Source: Candidatus Poriferisocius sp. (GTDB taxonomy: Bacteria; Actinomycetota; Acidimicrobiia; Acidimicrobiales; Bin134). From it: a DNA stretch of 64,000 nucleotides. Both the position numbers and the translations under genes were made by a program. How positions within the stretch are numbered: position 1 is the stretch's first letter; each line of letters starts with the position of its first letter. The notes under the pieces were generated by a model, which saw only the letters and a program-made list of their open reading frames with translations, ran no database searches and was not told where the DNA came from. The stretch spans positions 449,452 through 513,451 of the forward strand of contig NZ_OZ242338.1 in the NCBI RefSeq assembly GCF_965208475.1, given 5' to 3'. Positions 18,677-27,119 of the stretch are shown one piece after another.

Positions 18677-20976
18677 CCGTTGCCGCCACCAGAGCCGGCC
18701 GAGACCTGCTGGAGCTGGATCTGGCCGATCTGATGGCCCAGGCCCGGGCGGTGCGGAATCGGGTACACGGCACTCGGATCACCTACTCCCCCAAGGTGTT
18801 CATCCCCCTCACCATGCTGTGCCGGGACAAGTGCGGCTACTGCACCTTCGCCCGCCCGCCCGCCCGCCTGGAGTCGCCGTACCTCGGCGAGCACGAGGTG
18901 CTGGCCATCGCCGAATCGGGAGCGGCTGCGGGCTGCCATGAGGCCCTCTTCACCCTGGGCGAGCGGCCCGAGCTGCGCTATCCCGACGCCGCGCAGTGGC
19001 TGGAGGCCCACGGCTTCGCCTCCACGGTGGACTATCTGGCCCATGCCGCCCGCCTTGTGACGGAACAGACCGGGTTGCTGCCCCACGCCAATGCCGGCGC
19101 GCTCTATCCCGAGGAGTTGGCCCTGCTCCGCAAGGCCGCGCCGTCGCAAGGGATGATGCTGGAGACCCTGGCCGAGCTGGACTGCCACCGGGGATCGCCC
19201 GACAAGACCCCCGAGCGGCGGTTGGCCACCTTGGATTCCGCCGGCCGGCTGTCCATCCCGTTCACCACCGGGATCTTGGTGGGCATCGGCGAGGCTCGGG
19301 CCGACCGGGTTGACGCCCTGGAGGCCATCGCCGAATCCCATCGTCGCTGGGGCCATGTCCAGGAGGTCATCGTCCAGAACTTCCTGCCCAAGCCGGGCAC
19401 CGCCATGCACACCGCCCTGCCCTGCGACGGTGACGAGTACCTCGAGGCCATTGCCCTGGCCCGCCTCATCCTGCCCGAGGAGATCCACCTTCAGGCCCCG
19501 CCCAATCTGTCCGACGACTTCGGCCATCTGCTCGACGCCGGCATCGACGACTGGGGCGGGGTCTCCCCTATAACCGCCGACCATGTGAATCCCGAGCGGC
19601 CCTGGCCCGCTCTCGACCGCTTGCGGTCAGTCACCGAGGCCAGGGGATTCGCCCTGGCCCCCAGGCTCACGGTGTATCCCGAGTACGCCCTCGACCCCGA
19701 CCGCTGGCTCGACGAGGACACGCGGTTCCCGGTGCTCGACCGCAGCGACGCCGAGGGACTGGGACGCGCCGACGACGGCGGCTGGTACTCCGGCGCCGAC
19801 GAACCGCCGCCGGTGCTGCTGTCCCCTGAGTCTGCCAACGGGGCTTCTTCCCGCCGCCCTGCCCCCAGTGGGGCTGTGGGCGAGGTGCTGGCCGGAGTGC
19901 GAGCCGGTCAGGAGGCCGGGGTCGACGAGATCGTCACCCTGTTCGGCGCCCGGGGCCCCGAGGTGCAAGCGGTGGCTGCGCTGGCCGACGAGTTGCGCCA
20001 GGCGGCGGTGGGCGACGTGGTCACCTGGGTGTCCAACCGCAACATCAACTACACCAACGTCTGCACCTTCAAGTGCCGGTTCTGCGGCTTCTCCAAGGGG
20101 CCGCTATCGCTCAACTTGCGGGGCGACCCCTACCTGTTGACGTTGGACGACATCGCCGAGCGCACCGTGGAAGCGGCCCAGGCCGGGGCCACCGAGGTTT
20201 GCCTCCAGGGCGGCATCCACCCCAGCTTCGACGGCGACTACTACATCGACGTGACTCGGGCGGTGAAGGACGCCGTGCCCGACATCCACGTCCACGGATT
20301 CACCGCCCTAGAGGTTACCGAGGGTGCTCGGAGGCTGGAGGAGCCGCTGGACGACTATCTGCGCCGACTGATGGACGCCGGGCTGCGCTCGCTGCCGGGC
20401 ACCGCGGCCGAGATACTCGACGACGAGATCAGGGCGGTTATCTGCCCCGACAAGATCGACACCGACGAGTGGCTGGAGGCTCATCGCACCGCCCACGGCC
20501 TCGGGTTGGCGTCCAACGTGACCATCATGTTCGGCACGGTCGAGCAGCCGGTCCACTGGGCCCGCCATCTGATCCGCACCCGCGAGCTCCAGAAGGCGAC
20601 CGGCGGGTTCACCGAGTTCGTGCCCCTGCCGTTTGTACACATGGCCGCTCCCATCTATTTGCAGCGGCGTTCCCGGCGGGGTCCCACCTTCCGGGAGGCG
20701 CTGCTGATGCACGCCGTGGGCCGTATCGCCTACCACGGCTGGATCCACAACATCCAGGCATCGTGGGTGAAGCTGGGCATGGCCGGCGCGGCCCAGATGC
20801 TCCAAGCCGGCGTCAACGACCTAGGCGGCACCCTCATCAACGAGAACATCTCGAGGGCCGCGGGCGCCTCCCACGGCCAAGAGGCCACCGAGGACGACCT
20901 CCAAGCCCTGTGCGCCCCCTTAGGCCGCCCCCTCCGCCAGCGCACCACGCTGTACGACGCGGTCGCGACCGCCTAA
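18673..20976 (+). CDS. fbiC: FO synthase (fused CofG/CofH), F420 biosynthesis
   Basis: Two radical-SAM CxxxCxxC motifs (CRDKCGYCTF; CTFKCRFCGF) in a 767-aa fusion typical of actinobacterial FbiC. GTG overlaps the tal stop (GTGA). Confidence 0.93.
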   Translation: MTVAATRAGRDLLELDLADLMAQARAVRNRVHGTRITYSPKVFIPLTMLCRDKCGYCTFARPPARLESPYLGEHEVLAIAESGAAAGCHEALFTLGERPELRYPDAAQWLEAHGFASTVDYLAHAARLVTEQTGLLPHANAGALYPEELALLRKAAPSQGMMLETLAELDCHRGSPDKTPERRLATLDSAGRLSIPFTTGILVGIGEARADRVDALEAIAESHRRWGHVQEVIVQNFLPKPGTAMHTALPCDGDEYLEAIALARLILPEEIHLQAPPNLSDDFGHLLDAGIDDWGGVSPITADHVNPERPWPALDRLRSVTEARGFALAPRLTVYPEYALDPDRWLDEDTRFPVLDRSDAEGLGRADDGGWYSGADEPPPVLLSPESANGASSRRPAPSGAVGEVLAGVRAGQEAGVDEIVTLFGARGPEVQAVAALADELRQAAVGDVVTWVSNRNINYTNVCTFKCRFCGFSKGPLSLNLRGDPYLLTLDDIAERTVEAAQAGATEVCLQGGIHPSFDGDYYIDVTRAVKDAVPDIHVHGFTALEVTEGARRLEEPLDDYLRRLMDAGLRSLPGTAAEILDDEIRAVICPDKIDTDEWLEAHRTAHGLGLASNVTIMFGTVEQPVHWARHLIRTRELQKATGGFTEFVPLPFVHMAAPIYLQRRSRRGPTFREALLMHAVGRIAYHGWIHNIQASWVKLGMAGAAQMLQAGVNDLGGTLINENISRAAGASHGQEATEDDLQALCAPLGRPLRQRTTLYDAVATA

Positions 20977-21048
20977 GGACTTGCCCTCTAGGGGCCCACC
21001 CATCTGCCTTCGATCCACTCCGGGCATTTGCAGCACCCCAGCGCTGTG

Positions 21049-22380
21049 TCAGCTCAATAGCAGTTGTTTGGAGCCTTCGGGCTGCCAGGTGGTGATTCCC
21101 TTTTCGGGGAAGGCGTCGGGAAAAGCTTTGGGGTTGGATTGAGATCGGGCGAGGGATGGCCCTGAGCGTGCCTGCCCAGAGGGGAATTCGGCGTAGGGCT
21201 TAGGTGGTGGTCGTAGTTCGTAGGCACCGTTCCGGTCTCTGCTCACGACCCAGCCGTCGTCGTGGATGTTGTGGTGGCAGCTCTTGCAGACCAGCACTAG
21301 GTTGTCGATGTCGGAGCGCCCGCCTTTGAGCCATTCTTGGATGTGGTGGGCCTCGCACCAAACGGCTGATCGTCCGCATCCGATGCAGTGTTTGTCGCGG
21401 ATGATGAGGGCGGCTCTTTGGGCTTCGGTGGCTAAGCGGTGTTTGCGCCCCACCCACAGTTCCTGTCCTTGGGTGTTGAACACGGTGGGCACGATGTCGG
21501 CGTTGCACGCCAGCCTCAGGACCTCGTCAACCGGCAGGGGCGTGCCGTCAAGCAGGCGGGCATCAGCAAGCTTGTGGTTCAGCGCGTCCCACTCGGCCGT
21601 CAATATCAGCGTGGTGCCGTGGGGTTTGCGGTCTTTGGTGTCGGCGCAAACCAAGTGTTCGAGCGCGTCGGCCATCTGTTGGTCGAACGCGGTCTGGTCG
21701 CCGGCCTTGCTGTCGTTTCGCTGGCGGCGCACCTCGTCGGCCAGCGCGGCCTCGATCCGGTTCCCCGCTACGGGGTCGAACCGGCCGTTCAAGATGAACA
21801 TGCCGTCGTCGGGCGACTTGAAGAAACTCAAGGAGCGGCGTTCCCGCTGCTTGGCCATCAACGACTTGCCGTCGTCGCCCGACCGCTCATGCTGGTGATC
21901 GCGCAGCGTCTTTGAGAACGTTCCGAAGTCCTCGCGCCGGGCCGCCTCCACCAGCACGGTTTCGTCGACCGGCCCCTGGGAGGCGGCCTTGGCGATCTGT
22001 TTGGCGTGGGCCTCGGGAATCTCGCCGGCGCCCAGAGCGTCGAGAGTCTCGGGAACCTGCGAGAGCTGGGAGGCGGTCTCCACCTCTCGGCGGGCCTGCT
22101 GCTTGGAGGCCTGTAGCTCTTCGAGGGCCACCCGGCGGGCCAATCCCTCGCCTCCCCGGCTGGCATAGGCGGCCAGCGTCTCCGTTTTCATCGCGGCCAG
22201 CCGGGCCTCGGCCTTTTTGATCAGCCCCAGCCGCGTCCGCAGCTCGCACAGCGACAGCCCGGTCACATCAACCGCCTCCGGCCAAACCGGCCCGGAAGGC
22301 TCTCGACCAGTCTGTTTCCCTTGTTCCAGGGGCCTAAACTCCATACATGCAAGTATACTGACCCCCGTGACAACAACCAT
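21049..22380 (-). CDS. DUF222/HNH endonuclease family protein (13E12-like)
   Basis: C-terminal HCIGCGRSAVWCEAHHIQEW...NLVLVCKSCHHNIHDDGW HNH motif after a long helical DUF222-like region. The family is commonly repeated or mobile in actinobacteria. Confidence 0.85.
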   Translation of the reverse strand: MVVVTGVSILACMEFRPLEQGKQTGREPSGPVWPEAVDVTGLSLCELRTRLGLIKKAEARLAAMKTETLAAYASRGGEGLARRVALEELQASKQQARREVETASQLSQVPETLDALGAGEIPEAHAKQIAKAASQGPVDETVLVEAARREDFGTFSKTLRDHQHERSGDDGKSLMAKQRERRSLSFFKSPDDGMFILNGRFDPVAGNRIEAALADEVRRQRNDSKAGDQTAFDQQMADALEHLVCADTKDRKPHGTTLILTAEWDALNHKLADARLLDGTPLPVDEVLRLACNADIVPTVFNTQGQELWVGRKHRLATEAQRAALIIRDKHCIGCGRSAVWCEAHHIQEWLKGGRSDIDNLVLVCKSCHHNIHDDGWVVSRDRNGAYELRPPPKPYAEFPSGQARSGPSLARSQSNPKAFPDAFPEKGITTWQPEGSKQLLLS

Positions 22381-22830
22381 CTGAATAAACGTGCATAAGC
22401 TAATAACTCCTGTTATTCATTGGATTTGACTAGAACATGAGCAACATGGCTCACATTTCTCCCAGAAGCAAAATCGATAGCCAACGAAGCCACCAACGGA
22501 AACTGCAAGCGGAGACCCTCAGCGGCCAATCTGTCGAGGTCTCTTCCCGTCCCGGGATTATGTGCTGACCCAGAACCGACGACGCCCTCATGTGCTCGTA
22601 AATCCACTTTGCTGCGGGCGATGGATGGGGGGATCGACTTTGCCTATGTCAAGTGAGCCAGCAGAGCCGGTTAACCCTCCAAGATCGAGATCGCTTTTTC
22701 GACTGGCCAGCGGACACGACGGTCGTTATAAAGGCACTTTCATCTCCCAGCACTCATTGGCAGTCTTGGGATCGGCAGGTGGCGGAGGCAGCAGCAAGAT
22801 GGGTCGAGGCTCGCACTAGAATCCCCGGCT

Positions 22831-24867
22831 ATGTGGACCCGTGAAACAGCGACGGTGTGTCAAAAGCTGCTAGCTATCGTGGCTGCCGTCGCTGTGGCCT
22901 CGGGGCTCGCTGGCTTTTCGGATCGCCCAGCCGCCGGGGCGCAGTCCGGGATAGTCAGCAACGAGTTGGTATGCGCGGTGCTGTTCGGTTTCGCCGGAGA
23001 GACGGTGCCGGTAGCCAAATCCGCTGACGGCGAGACGGTGCTCGCATCGGTCGAGTGGGGCTACAGCGCTAAACACGACCTGTGTTACCTGGTCCTCGAC
23101 GACACCGCCGTCAGCACGCTTCAAGCCAACCCCCCTACTACAACCTCGCAACTCACCACCGATGCCGACAAGACCGCTGCTGCCCAATGCCACAACGCCT
23201 ACAACCCCAACCGTGGTTTCGCCGCCGAACCCGTCCCCGTGGTCAAGTCCACCGACGGCCAAACCGTCCTCGCATCAGTCAAATGGGGCTACAGCCCCGA
23301 CTACGACCTCTGCTACCTCATCCTCGACGACACCGCCCAACAAACTCTCCTGACCCACCACCCCTGTGTGACCAACCCTGGCTCCCGCGAATGTAGGGGT
23401 GCCCCAACCATAATGGAAGTTAGGCCCAACCTTTTATGGTCACCAGATGGTACTCGAACAGCCTACGTCGAAACTACCTATACAAATTCTACGTCAGTAG
23501 AATCTATATATGTTGCTGACAGGTTAGGGAATAATTCAAAACGGATCGCCACCGGTTTCATTTATCCGAACCTTGTTCAAAAACTGACGTGGTCTCCAGA
23601 TGGTGTACAGTTAGCGTTCAGTCATGTCCATGGTCATGGCTACCGGGGCGGAATCAGAGTAGTCAATGCTGACGGCAGTAGCGATGTTGCTTGGCTGTCT
23701 CCTTGTGGCAATCGGCCGGTCTGGTCTCCAGATGCCACACGAATTGCCTTTATGGTCCGAGCAACCCGAAGCTGTAGTCAGACCCAGGGGACGTATGCTG
23801 TGACTGCGGATGGATCTAAACTTTATAAAATATCAGACTTCTTTACTCTAGGCATAGAGCACCTTAGATGGAATTCTGATGGCAGTGCCCCAGAACCATC
23901 GCCTGACTGGAGTATGCCAGGGATATCACCTAGCGGCGACCTCAGGGTCATCGTACAGCGTGGCTTCAAGGACAATGAGATGTTTGTTAGCGATGGCTCA
24001 TTAACTATATCTATAGGTAAGGGTACTAGCCCACACTGGTCTCCCGATGAAAGACATATTGTTTATTTGGCTGGAGGCAAATATTCCCTAGATGACGGTT
24101 TCCTCCAAGATAATGGCGATACCATTTTTGTTGTAGGTTCTGACGGTTCTGATAGAAGAGAAATCGTTCGTATAGCAGATTTGCCCAAATCTTCTGATCC
24201 CATTTACAACACTTGTTGCACATGGTCTTTTGTTGCAATCGATCCTTTCTCTTCTTTGCCGATGCAGATCATTCCCGGTGAAGATCTTATAGCCGTCAGG
24301 ACTCTTGGAATAGAATCTTGTTCTTCTTCTGAGTATGACTGCATGTCTTATCGGAGTTATCATTATCGAACTTTCTTGGTAGAAATGCCTGTGCAGTCTA
24401 GAACCAAGGCATTCAAACCGAACTCAGCCTTGACACCACTCGAGGCGTTTACTTACCGCGCGGTGTTATCTGCCTTCTACACCGCTACCGGCGGTCGCCA
24501 TTGGTCCAACAATGCCAACTGGAACACCAATAATCCCTTCCACACCTGGCACGGTATCCAGACCGAGGCCAATGGGAGGCTCACCGGCCTCTCCCTCTCC
24601 GGCAACAACCTTACCGGCCCGATCCCCGAACAGCTTGGCAACCTGACCGGCCTCACCACCCTCTATCTCCAGGACAACAGCCTCACCGGCGCTATCCCCG
24701 AGCAACTGGGTAACCTCACCGAACTTGTGTACTTCTACACGTCGGGCAACAACTTATGTCTGCCGCCTAGCCTGAGGACTTGGCACAGCACAATTGAGAA
24801 CAAAGATCCAGTCCCCACATGCGGAACAACTCCAGAAGAGCGCCAAGCTCTCACCACCATCTACTGA
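22831..24867 (+). CDS. Secreted chimeric protein: duplicated N-terminal module + TolB-like beta-propeller + C-terminal leucine-rich repeats
   Basis: Signal-like N-terminus (LLAIVAAVAVASGLAG). Two copies of a roughly 41-aa module. WSPDG-type repeats (LWSPDGTRTAY, TWSPDGVQLAF, VWSPDATRIAF, HWSPDERHIVY). LRR cap plus repeats (WSNNANW...WHGIQTEANGRLTGLSLSGNNLTGPIPEQLGNLTGLTTLYLQDNSLTGAIPEQLGNLT). Confidence 0.8.
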   Translation: MWTRETATVCQKLLAIVAAVAVASGLAGFSDRPAAGAQSGIVSNELVCAVLFGFAGETVPVAKSADGETVLASVEWGYSAKHDLCYLVLDDTAVSTLQANPPTTTSQLTTDADKTAAAQCHNAYNPNRGFAAEPVPVVKSTDGQTVLASVKWGYSPDYDLCYLILDDTAQQTLLTHHPCVTNPGSRECRGAPTIMEVRPNLLWSPDGTRTAYVETTYTNSTSVESIYVADRLGNNSKRIATGFIYPNLVQKLTWSPDGVQLAFSHVHGHGYRGGIRVVNADGSSDVAWLSPCGNRPVWSPDATRIAFMVRATRSCSQTQGTYAVTADGSKLYKISDFFTLGIEHLRWNSDGSAPEPSPDWSMPGISPSGDLRVIVQRGFKDNEMFVSDGSLTISIGKGTSPHWSPDERHIVYLAGGKYSLDDGFLQDNGDTIFVVGSDGSDRREIVRIADLPKSSDPIYNTCCTWSFVAIDPFSSLPMQIIPGEDLIAVRTLGIESCSSSEYDCMSYRSYHYRTFLVEMPVQSRTKAFKPNSALTPLEAFTYRAVLSAFYTATGGRHWSNNANWNTNNPFHTWHGIQTEANGRLTGLSLSGNNLTGPIPEQLGNLTGLTTLYLQDNSLTGAIPEQLGNLTELVYFYTSGNNLCLPPSLRTWHSTIENKDPVPTCGTTPEERQALTTIY

Positions 24868-24907
24868 GCATCCCCCTTTGGCCGGTCACCTCGATTAGGA
24901 GGTAATC

Positions 24908-25465
24908 ATGTCATTGATGGAGAAAGAGAGGCCGCCGGGCAGGGCTAGGTGGCGTTTCAGCAAGGAGTTCAAGGCTGGGGCGGTGGCGTTGGTGTTGGAC
25001 GGGGACCGACCGGTCGCCCATGTGGCCCGTGATCTGGGCATCGGGGCGACGAGTTTGGGGAACTGGGTCCGCCCAGGCCCGCATCGACCGAGGCGACAGG
25101 CTGGGGTCGGCCACGGCTGAGCGCTCAGAGTTGGTTCAGTTGCGCCGGGAGGTGACAAAGCTCCGGATGGAGCGCGAGCTGCCATGCGGGCGACGGCCTT
25201 CTGGGTGAAGGAGTCGGGCCACCGATCCGCTATAGGCAGGTTGCTGCCTGGAGGGCCGAGGGGTTCCCGACCACAGCCGCGTGCCGGGCGGCCAGCCTGA
25301 GCCGCCAGGCGTTCTACGAATGGTGTGACCGCCACAATGCGGGGCCCAGCCCACAAGAGTCAGCCGACGCCGAGCTGGTCTCGGTGATACGCAGAATCCC
25401 CGCGGACTCCGGCGGAGCCTATGGGTCGCCGAGGGTGGCCGCGGAGCTGCGCCGCCAGGGCCAGC
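24908..25465 (+). mobile_element. IS3-family insertion sequence remnant (frameshifted orfA + 5' stub of orfB, no DDE domain)
   Basis: OrfA-like RWRFSKEFKAGAVALVLDGDRPVAHVARDLGIGATSLGNWVR continues in another frame as QARIDRG...AERSELVQLRREVTKLRMERE (extra C in the CCC run at 25072-25074), then shifts frame again (ATAFWVKES). OrfB-like SRQAFYEWCDR...ADAELVSVIRRIPADSGGAYGSPRVAAELRRQG stops matching near 25465. Confidence 0.7.
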
Positions 25466-25539
25466 ACGGCCACCGACCGGCCACCCCGGATCTGGTCCAG
25501 CACCATCTCCCGAAACTCCGACGAATACGCAATCGGCAT
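25466..25539 (-). pseudogene. Second transposase orfA N-terminal fragment (IS3-like), head-to-head with the first remnant
   Basis: The minus-strand ATG at 25539 gives MPIAYSSEFREMVLDQIRGGRSVAVLA, the usual MPxxYSxEFR...G.S start of IS3-type OrfA. Similarity ends where it abuts the truncated orfB. Confidence 0.35.
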
Positions 25540-25777
25540 CCCTGCACCTTCCAGCTAGCAACACCACCACTCTCGCAAGACGAGACCGAAAACAGGTGGA
25601 CACATCAAGCGGGCCAAGAAACGGGGTCCGGTCAGTAGTCCCAGCTGAGGCAGGCGAGGAAGTTTTGGCGGTCGGCTGTTTTGGCGACGTCGACGGGCAT
25701 TCGGCCGAACTTGTGGTGCTCAAAGCACCGCTACGCCGCGCTGGGCCTATTGGTGGGAAATGGATTGGAGCGAGGGG

Positions 25778-25966
25778 CTAGGCCCCCTCGTTCTTCAAGA
25801 TCGAGATTGCTTTTTCTACTGAGCGGCGGGCTCGGGTTAGTTTTTTCTCTTCCTCGGGGCGAGTTGTGGCCCCTTCGTCCACGGCGTCGCGCAGCACTGA
25901 CATGGCCAAGTCGTCGAGTTGCTCGGCGATCTGCTCAAGCTGCTCGCGGATGTGCTCAGCGGTCAC
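25778..25966 (-). CDS. Hypothetical small helical protein
   Basis: 62-aa charged, coiled-coil-like ORF whose start overlaps the glcF 3' end. Coding status is unverified. Confidence 0.4.
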   Translation of the reverse strand: MTAEHIREQLEQIAEQLDDLAMSVLRDAVDEGATTRPEEEKKLTRARRSVEKAISILKNEGA

Positions 25967-27119
25967 TGCCCAGAACCTCGTCCACGATTTCCAGGGGGTG
26001 GCGCACGGCTACGCCGGCGTTGGCCAAGTGGATGGTGCACCCGGGGTTGGCGCTGGCCACGATATCGGCGTTGGAGCGCTCTATGGCCTCCAGCTTGCGC
26101 TCTCGAATAGACGCCGCCAGATCCGGTTGCATGGCCGCATAGGCACCACCGGCCCCGCAGCACAGGCCGTCGTCGTCTAGGGCCACCACATTGGCGTAGC
26201 GGGCCAGTACCTCGGCCACGGGCTCATGCGCCCGCTGCACATGGCGCAGATGGCAGGGGTCGTGAACCGCCACGGTCAGTTCCTCAGCCTGCTCCCCCAC
26301 CAATGGCAGCCGGTCGGCATGGGCCGCCAGCCACTCGTGGACGTCCAGCACCCGCTCGCTGAAGGCGATTGCCTCAGGCGTACCCAGATGCTTGCCGTAC
26401 TCCTTGAGGACGGCCCCGCAGCCCGCCGAGTCCACCAGGATCGGGGCTGAGGCCTCCAGTGCCCTCATAGTTCGCACCGCCAACGAGCGGGCATGGTCCT
26501 CCAGGCCGGCGTGGAGCGAAAGCGCTCCGCAGCACGCGGCACCAGCGCCGGGCAGCGCCACACCGGCCCCGGCTGCTTCCACTACTCGTTTCACCGCAGC
26601 ATGGGTCGACCGCTGCCAGGCGTCCATAACGCAACCGGTGAACAGCCACACGTCGTCGCCTGAAACTTGAAGCCGATCTTGCCGCAGGGGAATCTTGGGC
26701 AACCCCAGCCGCTTGGATGGCACCAGCCGCAGTCGCTGGGCCACGGCCAGCATCCGGGACAGCAAGTTCAGCAGCCTGTTGTGGCCAAGAAGCCGAAACC
26801 CCCACCGACGCCAGTCCACCCGCCGCCGACGGGCCAGCTCAGCCTGAGTGGCTTCCATCATCGAGCCGAATGGCACCCCCGACGGGCAGGCGGGCTCGCA
26901 CCCCCGGCATTGCACACACGTGTCCATCGAAGACAAGAAGGCCTGGTCGATGGCGGCACCGTGGTCTTGCACCTGGCGCATGGCGCTGATTCTGCCTCGG
27001 GGCGAGGTCCACTCTTCGCCGGTTACCCGAAACGTCGGGCAGTGAGGCAAACACAGCCCACACGCCACGCACGAGGCCAGTTCCTCGGGATCGATTCCCA
27101 GCGAGGTCCGATCCGTCAT
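25956..27119 (-). CDS. glcF: Glycolate oxidase iron-sulfur subunit
   Basis: Two ferredoxin-type motifs (CVACGLCLPHCP; CVQCRGCEPACP) plus two CCG domains. ATGA overlap with glcE. Confidence 0.85.
   Translation of the reverse strand: MTDRTSLGIDPEELASCVACGLCLPHCPTFRVTGEEWTSPRGRISAMRQVQDHGAAIDQAFLSSMDTCVQCRGCEPACPSGVPFGSMMEATQAELARRRRVDWRRWGFRLLGHNRLLNLLSRMLAVAQRLRLVPSKRLGLPKIPLRQDRLQVSGDDVWLFTGCVMDAWQRSTHAAVKRVVEAAGAGVALPGAGAACCGALSLHAGLEDHARSLAVRTMRALEASAPILVDSAGCGAVLKEYGKHLGTPEAIAFSERVLDVHEWLAAHADRLPLVGEQAEELTVAVHDPCHLRHVQRAHEPVAEVLARYANVVALDDDGLCCGAGGAYAAMQPDLAASIRERKLEAIERSNADIVASANPGCTIHLANAGVAVRHPLEIVDEVLGSDR

Noticed and set aside
22381-22830. Small ORFs 22413..22607 (-), 22562..22819 (+) and 22653..22844 (+) in the lower-GC gap upstream of the LRR protein gene.
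   Set aside because: They are mutually overlapping, have no recognisable motifs and show no clear RBS. The region may hold a promoter or leader, or decayed sequence. There is not enough evidence to call any of them.
25560-25735. Possible transposase or other gene C-terminal fragment on the minus strand (...HHKFGRMPVDVAKTADRQNFLACLSWDY*).
   Set aside because: The frame is closed by a stop immediately upstream, I recognise no family, and the track ORF here (25136..25723) is a different, low-complexity frame. It is treated as unassigned debris next to the IS remnants.
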